NCBI RefSeq assembly: GCF_009914755.1
Contig: NC_060931.1
From: the human T2T-CHM13v2.0 reference genome, Homo sapiens
Reading direction: 5' to 3' (one strand)
DNA length: 64,000 nt
Notes under the pieces: generated by a model
Seen by the model: only the letters and a program-made list of their open reading frames with translations
Told to the model about the DNA's origin: nothing
Databases searched by the model: none
Part shown: in pieces, positions 20,567 through 35,790 of the stretch
Numbering within the stretch: the first letter of the stretch is position 1
Layout: every line of letters begins with the position of its first letter
Program-made: the position numbers and the translations under genes

Positions 20567-21264
20567 ATCTGATGCAAATAAAGCATTTGTTAAATATTAT
20601 TTTGTATACTTACCTATTAATCTGAAATACTATATGAAAAAATTTTAAATGTGAAACATAAGCAATATTGCCTTTAACATTTACAGTAGGTTAAACATCT
20701 ATTCAACTGACCTCTGTTCACTAAAACATTAGTAATGCTCATCTTTTTTATAAATAATTCTCTACAACCTAACACCTAGTAAGTAAAGCTTTTATTGCTT
20801 CTCTCCTGGAAATTATCCTATAAATGGGTTAACCTTGTAATGTTGATTCAAAAGCACAAAGGGAAAAGGCAATAGAAGTCCTTTTAAGATCTACTTTAAT
20901 CTCAATACTTTTAAGTTTTAAATTTTGATCTCATTTACCTTATGAATGTCAACCAACAGAAAAATAAAACACACCAAAAGATCCAGAACTCTTTAAGGAT
21001 TGTAAAGGGACAAGCTTGAAAGCCTGACGCCAATCCTCTCTTTGTCCAAAACCACCACCCTAACGGCTCCAGCCCCATGAATTCCTAGTTTAAGAATCTC
21101 TATATCAGATGCTATCAAAAGTTAGTAATCGTAGCTAACATTTATAGAGTGCCTACTAAATGCGGAACACTGTTCCAAGGGCTTTACATTTGTTAATTCA
21201 CTTTTAAATCATAAACACACTGAGATCAGGAAAGTGGTTTAACTATTCTTAGTTTCAGTTCCCC

Positions 21265-21512
21265 GTAGTACAGTACAGTAAGATATTCTGAGAGACCATA
21301 TTCACATAACTTTTACTACAGTATGGTTTTAATTGTGCCACTTCATTATTAGTCCTTGTTAATCTCTTACTGTGCTCAATTGATAAACTTTATTATAGGT
21401 GCATGTATGGATAGGAAAAAAGACAGTTCACATAGGGCTTGGTACTACACTTGGTTTCAGGCATCCCAGGGGGTCTTGAAACATATCCCCAGTAAACAGG
21501 AGGGAACTACTT
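21265..21512 (+). mobile_element. MER44/Tigger7-like DNA transposon fragment within a MIR (~21130-21650)
   Basis: Terminal sequence ggtttcaggcatcccagggggtcttgaaacatatcccc...actac. Confidence 0.7.
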
Positions 21513-21904
21513 ACTTTATTTCCGACTTCCACATAAGCAAACTGAGGCACACAGAGGGCAATTTGCCTACAGTTAAACAGCTAGTAAGTGGTGTAGACAA
21601 GATTCAAATCTAGGCAGTTTGGTTGCAGAGCACACACTCTTAAGCAGGAATCTTTGCTAGTTAATTAGACAATTAATGAGAAAAGGTATATCAGGAAAAC
21701 AATCTAAGAGTTGCAAATAAGTATTTTCTAAATGAGGTCGGAAGAAAAAAGGATAGAACCATAGTCTCCAAAGCATTTCTGTCTGTTTTATTCCTTGCCA
21801 AACATTAAAACTGTGATTCTATTTCCTGCTTTGAAAATCAGTTCTGTTTTGCACTGCTCAATGCCTTTAAGATGAAGGTTTCTTTGTAATATTAACAATC
21901 AGTG

Positions 21905-23209
21905 CACTCTTTCTTTCAACTCCTTTATTAAATTGGTTGCAAAAAAGATATACATTCTTATATTGACAATTCTTGTCATGAATAAAAGCATCAAAAATAA
22001 GGCAACAGCAAGATGTGCTTCACATATAAACAATCATGTTGTAAGAATAAGAAACCTGAATCCCTGTACAACAAAAAGATTAGGAAGCAAAATGTGAATA
22101 AGCTTGTATTCAGAATATACCTATATGTGTGTGCAAAGACAATACACTCATCATATACCTCACTTAGGTTCCTTTATGATGCATAATTCCTTAATCATTC
22201 ATTTGTGAAACAAGAATGAATATTAAGAAACATGAAATCCAAATTGCACTTATTTTCACAATATCAATGCTAAACTCAAAATAGCAACTTCATTGACTCT
22301 CAATGGTAAATTTCAAACATGGAAAGCAATCTTAATTTTTTTAACCCTTTGACTAGGGTCTGTAAAAAACGGTGGATTATTTTACTGTACTTACAAAGAG
22401 GCTGGGTCTCAGCCTGCACTTAAACAGCATGAGCAACAAAGGACAGGAAACAAATATCACTAAGAGTAATGCCCATACATATAAAGATATCTAGTTGAGC
22501 CACGTTCTACTTACATAGCAAGCCTATTAAACCACTAGCATAACAGATCATATCTCATGAAACAGAATTACTAAATTAACTACACATCTCTCAGAAATTT
22601 CCAAATCCCTGCTCCCAACACAATTTTAGTACACCTATTAAGTACCACGGGTCATTTAGAAAAACAGAAAAAAATATACACCTAGTCTTTGCAATTAAAA
22701 AAAAATCATAACATAAACAATGTTAGATATAAATTTTGAACTCAATATGTTTTTTCCTACATATTTATGTAATCAAGGCTCTTTAAGCAAAGACAGGTGG
22801 TAGGTATATGATCTGTACAAACTTACAGTAGTGTATATTCCAAATAAAGGTTTTTCTTCCTACTATGGTATGACAATATAACTGTTTTCTGAATGAAGAT
22901 ACATGTTAAGGCTTAAGGTGTAAACACTTTGGAAGGCAAACAGCTTAGTGAAAAAAATTATGGTTCATTTAAAAATGTGTATCATTTCATAATAGACCCC
23001 TGAACTTTCAAATTTACATGTGAGAATACATTTACATCTTAACTTTCTAGGAAAGGCACAGGCTTTATGTAAAAAAGCAGCAAAGTTTTAAACCCACCAA
23101 TATATTGACAAAGCCATTACTTTTATTAGAAACAAATAATGCTTCTCAAGGTGTTGGCAACATGTCATAGTATCAACATATACTTCATACAGTGTATTTC
23201 TCCCTTTAA
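21905..23209 (-). other. SYPL1: SYPL1 3'UTR (AT-rich, no obvious repeats)
   Basis: Unique AT-rich sequence between the stop codon and an AATAAA; the 3' end position is approximate. Confidence 0.75.
21924..21929 (-). terminator. Main SYPL1 polyadenylation signal AATAAA
   Basis: tttatt on + strand, ~1.3 kb after the stop, followed on the minus strand by U/GU-containing sequence (GATTGTTAATATT). Confidence 0.7.
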
Positions 23210-23344
<135 letters not shown>

Positions 23345-23795
23345 CTATGAAAGAGAAAAAGAAATATGAAAATCAAATACCTACTTATAAAAATTCATGC
23401 CCTACTTAAAAATCTCACTTTTTCTTTAAATATTTAACATTTTTAGGAAGTACGCCATTATTTCACTTAAAGTTTAATACTACACACAATGAGAAATAAG
23501 GAAGACTACACTTCAATGTACAAAATGTGGTTATATAATGACTTATTCCCAATGAAATAAGGCTAAATCTCTAACATATAAAATCATGGCTAAGAGATTT
23601 ACTCTTCCAAATACTTTTCACTTTTCTCCTATTTAGAATGATTATCAACTGCTTGTGTAACTTTTCCCATTTACTTATCACCCCCTCCTACCATCTCTTC
23701 TACTCCAATCCAACAGTTGTAGCCACAAAAAAAGAGGAGTCACACAACTTTACTTCCCATCCCAATGAGTTAACCTCAAAGAAATTAATCTTCCT

Positions 23796-24100
<305 letters not shown>

Positions 24101-24353
24101 TTAATCTTCCCAGATATAAATCTGACTAGATGAAAGAAAGTCTCAGAGATGAATAAAATCATGATCTTGGTTACAGGTAATACTTTTTTTAGACAAACTT
24201 TTCTTCACTAAACACTATATTGTTACTAGAATTCAGGTAGCTGAGTAAAAATAAAAACCATCCAGAGATTTACTGAAAGCTATTGCTTTCCTGAATTACT
24301 AGTACTTTAAACAAATATATGAAAGAAAAAAATTATAAATAATGCATACATAC

Positions 24354-24542
24354 CACAGATACATTTAGGGATCCCATACTGGTCACAGAGCCAAAGTAAC
24401 ACAGTACTGCTTTCTTCTTACAAGGCGGAAGTTCATCAATAATATTGTGACCAGTAGCTATTTTAATATCTGTCAGAGCTTTAGCCCAGGCTGAAGTGCT
24501 CACCAACCACAAAAAAGTGGCAACAAGTGTAACAACAAAGTC
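24354..24542 (-). CDS. SYPL1: SYPL1 coding exon 5 (DFVVTLVATFLWLVSTSAWAKALTDIK...SMGSLNVSV)
   Basis: TTTAG acceptor; GTG|GTATGT donor; 189 nt, phase 0-0; SAWAKALTDIK family motif. Confidence 0.97.
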
Positions 24543-25642
24543 CTAAAGCAAAAATCAGTAAGAGTTAATAATGAACAATTAATTTTAATACTAAATTTCA
24601 AATCCATGATGAAGAAACTGAGATTACATTCAACCTTATGGTGCTGAGAAATGGCCTTCATGATATACTTTATTAAAAAAGTCAGTCAGCATAGTAAACA
24701 TTGCTGTTAGTGTTACAAGCACAGTGCCTGAGTTACAACAGTAAATAAGACTCAGTCATCCCCTCAGAAGTCTAAGATTTTCACACTAGAAACCAAAGTT
24801 TTATACAGCCTTCAACATAACCTCACCTCAGCCACTTACTCCCAGGACCATACCTTAGACCTTGTCATCACCAATAACTGTATCCTTCCATACTCTGTTT
24901 TGATCATCCCATTTTCCCATAACACCTCTTTCCAGCTCACTGTCTCTGGCACCCCAATCCTAAAACTCCTTTGACCCCACCAAGACCTACAATCTGATCC
25001 TACTGCTTTCTTACTGTATCACCACTTCACTAATGTCCTCACTTATTTTAATCAATTTCTGTTCTAAGGGCCTTCATTATCATCTCTTGCACATACTCTC
25101 AACTCACTTATCCTTCTTCTGCAAAACTCTAACTTTAGTTAAACCAAATTCTCCATGAGATGGATAATAAAATGGTGAAAAGCACACACCAGAATGGTAT
25201 CTCTTTTAAATTTCCTAACCACAAATTTTAAGAATGCTCACTATATTAAGAAAAAGGCAACAACAAAAATCTCCCAAGACACCTTATCACTATTAACTCT
25301 GTACTAAATCCTTTGCTATTTATTACAAAGAATGGGATGGTTTTAATATTTTAGAATAAATGGTTCTAATGGGTGGTTTTAATATTTTAGATCATAAGTC
25401 TAATCTTGTTTGATCTTCCTTCAAATTAATGACCAGGGTAGGAATAATATAAAATTTGTATCTTTTGGATGCTATATATGCTAAACATATGCGTACACTC
25501 AAGGATAGGAGCTCTTACATATCTGCAGCAAAAATCTTTCTAACCTCAGAATGGATTTTGGAGCTTATCACAGAAGCATTTTGTTTTTTAAATAAACCCA
25601 ATTAGTTTTTAATTATTTTGCCAGCCACCTTTTAGTCATTTA

Positions 25643-25722
25643 TTAGGTTGGTGCAAAAGTTATTATGGTTTTTGCTATTTATTTTAATGATAAAAACCAC
25701 AATTATTTTTGTACCAACCTAA
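25643..25722. mobile_element. MADE1 (Hsmar1 MITE), 80 bp
   Basis: TIRs ttaggttggtgcaaaa...tttttgtaccaacctaa flanked by TA target duplications. Confidence 0.95.
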
Positions 25723-26707
25723 TATTTAGGATAAATACCAGTGATCTCTTAGGAGATATAGAAGCTATGCTATATAGCTTGCCCACTTGGTCAAGACAAC
25801 ACTGAATGAATACTTAGGATTAGAGAACCAAAAATAATTACTAATTACATGAACACGGAAGTACATGCATTTTGTATCTGAGCTCTCTGCTGCTACTTGT
25901 CCTTTTAAAAACCGTAGCTCAAAGAGAAAAGGCTAGAAATATAGCTTATATTTTCTGCACTGTGGAAGTACTCCCCCCTTTTTACTGCTGTACATCTGCT
26001 GTACATTCTGCTGCAGGTAGACATTTTCTAAACGCTTGCTAGAAATACAGTGTTTTTTGGAAAACTGATGAGTAACATGAGGTTATATCGCATGTTAAAT
26101 AATTTCTCTTTACGGAAAAGTTCACAACTTTGATCAATATATGTCAAATCCTCCTAATTTTCAGGTATTTTCTTCCTTCCAAAGTCTTTTTTTTTCGTAG
26201 TTATACTCTTAAATCCACTTTGATGGCTTGAGGCCATTCTTATATTTCAAAAGCAGGAACTTTTCTGAAAATGATGCACAAAGTAACCTAGGTTGAAGGA
26301 ACGTGGGGGGAATTCTGGTCCCTTCAGATAGTATTTGCTCTACTCAGGACTCTAGTCACACTGCACTCTAAGCGAATGGTGCCACCTGGAGCTCTGCAAT
26401 GCACAACCTGCAGCTGCCTAGGGCAGCTCTACTCCTCCCAACAATTCACAATATGAGTCATAGATTTTTAGAATTTGGGATACCCTAATTTTGTTTGGAT
26501 TCATTTTCTGGTATTCTCAATTTTCCACATTGCCTTGAAACCTTAAACTCCTGCTACTTAACAAAAAAAAAAGTGCTATATTTACTTCAAAAGAGAATTG
26601 AAGTAGATTTAAATTTTCATAACTGAAATACTCCTAGAAACACCTTAGCACAGAATTGAGAATATTGCTAAAAGGGCTTGTCCTCATTAATAGTACCTAA
26701 AAATTAA

Positions 26708-27055
<348 letters not shown>

Positions 27056-28175
27056 CTCTCAAAGAAAATCTTTTAATATTTTTATGGTTACATTAAAAAT
27101 AGAACTGAAAATTAAATTTAGAAGCTAGACTTTTATAGACAAGAAGCACCCATTATGTAACAATAAAAACCTACTTAAGGAATTTTGGATTATCTCTTTA
27201 TATGACCACTAATTGGTCATTCTGAGGTGGAAAATTACTTTTTACGTTTCTGAATGATGCAACTAGGTCAGTTTTATAGTTTTATCAGACAAAAACCACC
27301 TACAAAAATAGATCGGAATGCTGCTTTAAGAAGGGTAGTATTTTTAAAAGTTTACTAGACAAAATATGAGAAATAAAGGGCACACTGATAGATTTAGTAA
27401 AAAAATTTGTTGGGATGACAAAATGGCAAGAAATAGCTTCTAGTTATAAAGAATTTTAACAAAATATAATTATCTATAAGATTATTCCAGTTCCCTTTTA
27501 AATAAGATTTGAAAAGTCTGCAGAAGACACAGATTCCTAACAAGTATGTTGGATAAGCACTGCAAATTAAAACAGTTGACGTCTTATCTTTTTAACAACC
27601 GAGAAGTATTTTATGAAAACCTCTAGTTTTCTTGTGTCTCCTATGACATAAGAAACAGAATTAAATATGAATGATAAAAGACTGTTGTATTACTTACCAT
27701 TTCCATTCTTATGATCCAGCAGCAAAATTAAAAATAAATATGTAAATAAAACTTGTAATGTTATTTAATAATCCTTCATATTTAAATAGCCTTCCCTTTA
27801 AAGTAACTTCACAAATAATTAGCAGATGTGTTTTCTCATACATATGAATGACCAGTATCACACATAAAAAACACCTCTGTTTTCCCTTTAAGTCACTAAT
27901 AACTGACTTTGTAGTTACTCTTTTATAGTGGAGGTGTAGCTTAAAACCATGATTTCTCTCTGGATTTGCCACCAATAATCCAGGGCAGATTCTACTAACT
28001 AAATCTCAGAGAATATTTCTAGCTCAGTAGGCTCTGAAGCCAAAAGTATAGGACTTCAAATCTAAGTCCTTTGTTGATACCTCAAAGATTCAAAATTAGT
28101 TCATGGTTGCCACTAATGCTGAGTGTAAGAATTACCTGGGTCTGATTTTAAATTAAGGAGTTTAGGGACATAGAC

Positions 28176-28680
28176 CAGGAATCAACAAACTTCTTTTGAA
28201 AAGGGCCAAATAGCAAATATTTTTTATCTCTGTTACAACTACTCAACTTTACCATTGCAGTGTGAAAGCAGCCATAGGCAATGTGTAAATGATTGTGTAT
28301 GGCTGAGTTCCAAAAAAAACCTTTATTTAAAAAAACAAGGCCAGGCTCCTGGCCACACCTATAACCCCCAGCACTTTGGGAGGCCAAGGCAGGCAGATCA
28401 CTTGAGCCCAGGAGTTTGAGACCAGCCTGGGCAACATGGTAAAACTTCGTCTTTACAAAAATACACAAAAAGTAACTGAGTATGGTGGCTTGTGACTGTA
28501 GTCCCAGCTACTCAGGAGGATCATTTGAGCCCAGGAGGTTGAGGCTGCAGCAAGCCAAGATGGTGCTACTGCCCTCCTGCCTGGGCGACAAAGCGAGACC
28601 TTGTCTCAAAAAGTAAATATATAAATAAAGAAGTAAAAATAAAAAATAAGACAGTGACCTCTGGGACATAGTTTGTGAAC
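28176..28680 (+). mobile_element. MER58-like element interrupted by an AluJ (28340-28620, +)
   Basis: aaagggccaaatagcaaatatt...acaactactcaact...; resumes after the Alu. Confidence 0.7.
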
Positions 28681-29094
28681 CCATGATATAATTAAACTCA
28701 ATAAGTTTTGTAGAAGTATAAAGTGGGCCTTTAGAGAAAGAAAAAAAGTAAGAAGCAGAAAGAGTTATGAGACTATGTTGTGATAAGTAATTCTTCAAAT
28801 TAAAAGAATTTCGACTTAATTTTTTTGCTATTTGTAACCTGATGTGCTTTATTACATATCTGAGTTTTTTCCAAGTTAAAATAGATTTAAAAAAGAAATA
28901 AACTTTCCTTATAGTGCAAATAGGCTAAAAAAAATTGAGTTAAACTTAATGGGAGAAAGCTCAACCTCGTGGCAAACACAGGCTAAAATATGCTGAACTG
29001 GCTTACACCAAGAATTTTTATTTCCAGTATAAGAAAATCTATATTTAGCTTATACAAATTATTTTTGTATTTAAAAAATAAAGTGATTACTTAC

Positions 29095-29302
29095 TATCAT
29101 AGGAAGTTTACGACTATCCAGATACAGACTCGTGTAGCCAACATAAAGCAGAAGGGCAGCAATGCAGTACAGGAACACAAAGACTGCAAAGGTAACATAG
29201 AATTGTGCAGAAGAAGAGTAATCGCCTATGAGGACGTAATCTTTCCAATTTACATCACATATGTTTACACCTGGAGGTGGCTGAAATGATGCCTCATTCA
29301 AC
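29095..29302 (-). CDS. SYPL1: SYPL1 coding exon 4 (LNEASFQPPPG...GDYSSSAQFYVTFAV...RKLPMI)
   Basis: Inside ORF 29071..29355; AATAG acceptor; ATA|GTAAGT donor; 208 nt, restores phase 0. Confidence 0.97.
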
Positions 29303-30562
29303 CTATTAAAATAAATGTATGAATTATTGGACTTTCCCAACAGAGACAGAAACATTTAAGCAAAACAATGAGTGACACTTCAAAAAATACTCCCCAAATA
29401 TATTAAAAACATTCCTTTGGGGAAAAAAGTAAAATTCAAATATTATATTTAAGTAAACTGAAATTTTCATAATAAATGTATATGTTATACCTGGTATTAG
29501 TTTATGATACATTGAATATAGACTGAATTAAATACTTTCATACCCAGATACTATCTTCCTGCAGTAAACAATTAGGTAGGAGAGATTATACCAAATGGTT
29601 TATACTTTGAGACATCATATTTCATTCTGTGTGGCAGAGTATGTGTGACTAGCCCCAAGAGAGCCAATCACAACAATGATTCACATTTTTAACCCTGGAT
29701 CAATAGTTGCTAACAATAAATATTGCCTTTCATTTTTCCCAACCATAAATTGTAAAAAACTTGTCACTAAAGATGCTGTAACAGTCCCTTATGTGAGAAG
29801 TGTCTAGGAGAAAGGATACAAGATAGAGAGGCTTTGATGATTAACCACTTATTATCTGACTTATCTTTAATATGGGGATTTTATTTAATCATCAAAACAG
29901 CCTTACAAGATAATACTTCCAATTACTGGACCAAAAAATTGAGTCTTGGGTGAAGTAAGTAAAATTAGTAAGTGAAAGAAGATTCCCACCCTGGCTTAAA
30001 CACAGGACATATTCAATAAACTTTTCAATGGATACTGATGTCAAACAAGACTTCACAGATGAAATACTCATTTTACTTTAAGAAAGTGTGGCTTTATGCT
30101 AATGAATGAAATATGGAATCTCTTTATATACATATGTCTTAAAACTATATAAAGACATTAATATTCAGCAATTACAAAAAACACTGAGAATCTGGATTTT
30201 TCTAAGTTACGTTTCCTTCTACATTAGGGCTTCTTATACTAAGGTGATAGAACAATCTCTAGTTTGCTTTATTTTTACATTTCCAATCCTCTGTTAGAAT
30301 AAAATTATCAAGGCAACATCACATTGTTATAAAAGTTTCTAAATGCTTACTCTCACTTTCTGTACTATTTTGTCACAGATCAGGAGATGTTTTTAGACAG
30401 GCATGGGTCTGTGTACCACAGTTTGGGAGGTAATGATCACTTACAAATGAGCATACAGTCTAAAATTTTCTACCCCCCACAATCAATAAATTGCTGGAAA
30501 TCTTGATGACTCACTGTGAAAGTAAAAAGAGTTGTGAAACCATTAAAATAAATATAACTCAC

Positions 30563-30687
30563 CTGAATGGATAACCAAAAGTAGCTGTAACAGTTTTATT
30601 CTCAGTAACTGCAGGAGGACAATTCACTTGAATTTCTGTTTGGCCCTTAAAACCTCCACAGGTGGCAAAAGCAAAGATAGAAGCAAT
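30563..30687 (-). CDS. SYPL1: SYPL1 coding exon 3 (IASIFAFATCGGFKGQTEIQVNCPPAVTENKTVTATFGYPF-R)
   Basis: TGTAG acceptor; CAG|GTGAGT donor; 125 nt; FAFATCG and YPFR synaptophysin motifs; not in the ORF track, translated by hand. Confidence 0.97.
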
Positions 30688-30811
30688 CTACACAAAGTAA
30701 GATGAAAAAAGACAAAAGAAAAAAAAGATAAGCAATACTACAACCAAAACAAGGGTCACTAAAACTGTAAGCACACTGATTATTAAAAATTGGCTAACAT
30801 TCTAGAAATTC

Positions 30812-31243
<432 letters not shown>

Positions 31244-31989
31244 ACATTCTAGAAATTCTTAAACACAAACTAAGATGGTGAAAGACATTAAAACATTCAT
31301 TTGCAAACCTCGACAAATGTGATTTTATTTTCCCCGGAGTATAATATAGAAATAAATGTACCAGCCCATATGACAATTCATTTGCTCATACTTTAGTGTA
31401 TCCACTAAGTATTAGTATGAAATATAGAGGGAGACTCATTTATTAGTATAAAATCAAAAGGGGTGAATTGGAGGTATTTTTATTTGGAACACAAGTTACC
31501 AGTAATTTGTAAAGCCAAGAGGTTGTCAGCAGAGAAGAGACACTATTTCATGAGCCTGTTAAACCTCCCTTGTGGGTATTTCCAGGTCTCAAAAAGTTGT
31601 TGGAAACTTATTTTCCTAATCATGTATATGCTTAAAAAAATGAATGGTGTTCTCTCAAATACCATCTAAAACACAAAAAACCTAGAAGCAACCTAAATGT
31701 TGACAGGGAATCAAACTATAATTCATCCATTCATTCATTCATGCAATGAAACATTATATAGCTGTTGGAAATTAACAACATAGAATGTTGGAGATTAACA
31801 ACATAGAAAGTGTTCATTACATACAAAGTAGATTTAAACAACAAAAACTAGAAAGGTTATGCATCAAAATTTTAACACTGGTCACCTCTCAAAGGAAGAT
31901 AAATAATTCCTTTTTATTTTTGTACTTGTGAATTTTCTACAAAACAACACAAGTAAGCAAAAAATTCCAGATGCGCTGTTAAAGTCCAG

Positions 31990-32720
31990 GAGCTCAATCT
32001 TTCAGCAAGTGGTGATGGCTCTATTTTCAAAATACATTTGCAATCTGACCACTTGTACTGCCTCCTGATCTGAACTACCATCACCTTTTGCCTGAATTTT
32101 GCACTAACAGCCTTCTAAATGATCTCTCTGCTTCTGCCCTTGCCCCAGCTTCAGTCTGTTATCAACACAACAGCCAAGACAATCTTTTAAAAATGTAAGG
32201 CAGAAAATGTTATCCTTTGCTCAAAACCCTCCAATGGCTTTTGAGCTCTCTATGAATAAAAACCAAAGTTCATATAAAGGCCTGCAAGATCCTTTCTTCC
32301 CTTATATTTCTGACCTCATGTTGCTACTTTTTCCTTTACCTAATCTGTATACACAAACTGCTTTCCATGCGATACCTTTAATGACACGGGATAAACTCTT
32401 CCTTCAGGACCTTTGCACTGGCTATTTCCTCTGCCTGGAATACATGCTTCACTCCCTCACTTCCATAGCTTCCTGTTCCAGTATGACCTTCTCAGAGAGA
32501 CCTTCCCCTCACCACACTATATCAAATAACAGCACTCCTACCCCGCACTACCTATTCCCTCTACTCTATTTCTGCTCTGTTCTAATTACCACTGCTTGAC
32601 ACAGTACTTAATTTGTCTGTCTTTCCCTAGAATAGAAACTTGAAGAGGTCAGGGGCTTCGTTTTGTTCAAGGTCACACACACTCAGCAACTGGTAGTAGA
32701 TAATATTCAATGCAGATTTG
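31990..32720 (+). mobile_element. L2 3' fragment
   Basis: cctttgctcaaaaccctccaatggc...caggacctttgcactggctatttcctctgcctggaa... Confidence 0.75.
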
Positions 32721-33305
32721 ATATCAAATATTCACTGTGGAACACTTGACATAATGCTTCCCATGGATTATTCCAGGGCCTTGAATCTTGTAGGCCATAA
32801 TCCACATTATAGTAATTGTCAAGGGTTTGTTTTTTCCCATCCGCCCCCCCCCCCCCCACAAAAAAGATACATGAAAAGAATCTGGTTACAGATAGGAAGA
32901 GTCTGAGGTAATGTCCAGCACATAGTTTGGGGTCTTAACTGTTAAGAGGTGATCCCCAGTTTTTACAGGATTTCAAAATATGTAAAAGTAACTTTCCTTG
33001 GAAAATGTGTCATGAAATCATTTTTCATTATTTGTACTAAATAATGTTTTATGTTAAAAAAGAAGGTAAAGATGGAAGAATCAATACTCTCTCAGAATAA
33101 ATATGCATGAATACACAGAGTGAAAAGGCCAGAAAATGAGTCCTGAGCATATACCCACGTTTAAATTAAAAAAAAAAAAAAAAGAAAAGAAATGAGATAC
33201 ACAAATTGAACCAATGGAGCAGAATAAAAAGGCCAGGAATAGACTAGTGTGTATAAGACAAATTGTATCTAACAGAGTTGATTTGTAGATCACGGAGGAA
33301 AGGAA

Positions 33306-34199
<894 letters not shown>

Positions 34200-34869
34200 A
34201 GGAAGAGCTGTTCAGTAAATGGTCCAGATGAGCTGCACACAAAAGTAAAAAGTCTTTAAAAAATGTGAAGACAATATAAAAGAAAACCTGTGACCACATG
34301 AAAAGGGAGAATTTAAGATTTTTTTTTGTAAAAAAGAACCATAAAAGATTGTTAAATTCAACTACAGAAAAAAAATCTTAATCAAGTCAGCTGTTGAATG
34401 TAAAACAAGCTACCAATTAGATGAACATATTTATAATAAACATAATGTCACAAAGGATTTACTAGTATATAGATCTAAGAGAAACCCTTGCTCACACGTA
34501 CTAAGAGACATATAAGAATGTTCATGAAAAATGGGGAGGGGAAAAGCAACAGGGAAATGGATAAAATACCATAGTATATTCTTACACTGGGAAGTTATAC
34601 GGCAAAAAAGATATAAGAATTACAACTGCCTACATCAACATAGATGAATCATAGAAATCCAATGCTGAGTTAAAACAAAAACAAAATAAAAACCATGTTG
34701 CATATGACTACCTAGACTATAAAACCATTTTTTAAAAAGCTCTGTTTACCTGCCTACATTACACCTGCCACTATTTTTGTTCAGGCCCTCACCATTTTTC
34801 ATTGGGACTAACCCAGCAGACTCTTTCTCACATTTCCAATTTCATTCCAATTGATACTCATCTTCTATA

Positions 34870-35197
34870 ATGTGGGCACTATAGCTGCAGTACCCAGTAA
34901 TGCTACTTGTGAGTCTTGAACACTTTACATGTCACTAATCTAAATTGATATATACTCCAACTGCAAAATACACACTAGATTTTGAAGATTTACTATGAAA
35001 AAGATGTGAAATACTTCATTAATTTTTATATTGACGACTTGTTCAAACAATAATCTGGATAGATTGGGTTAAGTAAAATATATTGTTAAAATTAATTTCA
35101 CCTGTTTCCTCTTATTTTAGTGTGGTTAATAGAACACTGAAAATTACTATGTGGTTTGCATTTTTGCTTCCCATTGTATTTTTTTGTACTGGACAGA
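34870..35197. mobile_element. MER33-like hAT element
   Basis: aaaatacacactagattttgaagatttactatgaaaa...ggacag resembles recalled consensus. Confidence 0.65.
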
Positions 35198-35653
35198 GCT
35201 AGTTTAGAATGATGCCAAACTGATCTGAAATAAAAATCTGATCATGTCCTTCCCATTTAAAGGAATTTCCTCAATTGTTTTTCAACCTAAATTAAACAAA
35301 AAATGCTCCAACTTCTTAATTTGGCATAAAAGGCATGGCTGATCGATCCTCAACTTTATCTTTCTAGATAGATTTATCTGCAGTCTATTCACTGCCAGGT
35401 ACTGTATGATTCTGTCACATTATACTGCTTACTGTTCCTGAAACATACCATGTATTTATGTCTTAAATGTATATGCTTCTTCTTCTGGGAATGCCCTGTC
35501 TCTGATTAGCTCATCTTTTAAGGCCCTACCCAATTCCCTGTGGTAGAACTCATGATTCTTCTCTTGAGCTATCATAGACATTAACTCTATTATATATGAA
35601 CTCTACTATAGGCATTTTTCTTGTGTAACTTGCTTTCTAAAAAATAAAATGGG

Positions 35654-35790
35654 GCCGGGTGCAGTGGCTTATGCCTGTAATTCCAACACTTTGGGAGGCC
35701 GTGGCAGGAGGATTGTTTGAGCCCAGAAGTTCAATACCAGCTTGGGCAACACAGTGAGACCCTGTCTTAAAAATAAAATAAAATAAAAAA
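35654..35790 (+). mobile_element. FLAM-like Alu monomer
   Basis: Left-arm-type monomer with A-tail and TSD aaaaat(a/t)aaatgg. Confidence 0.85.
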
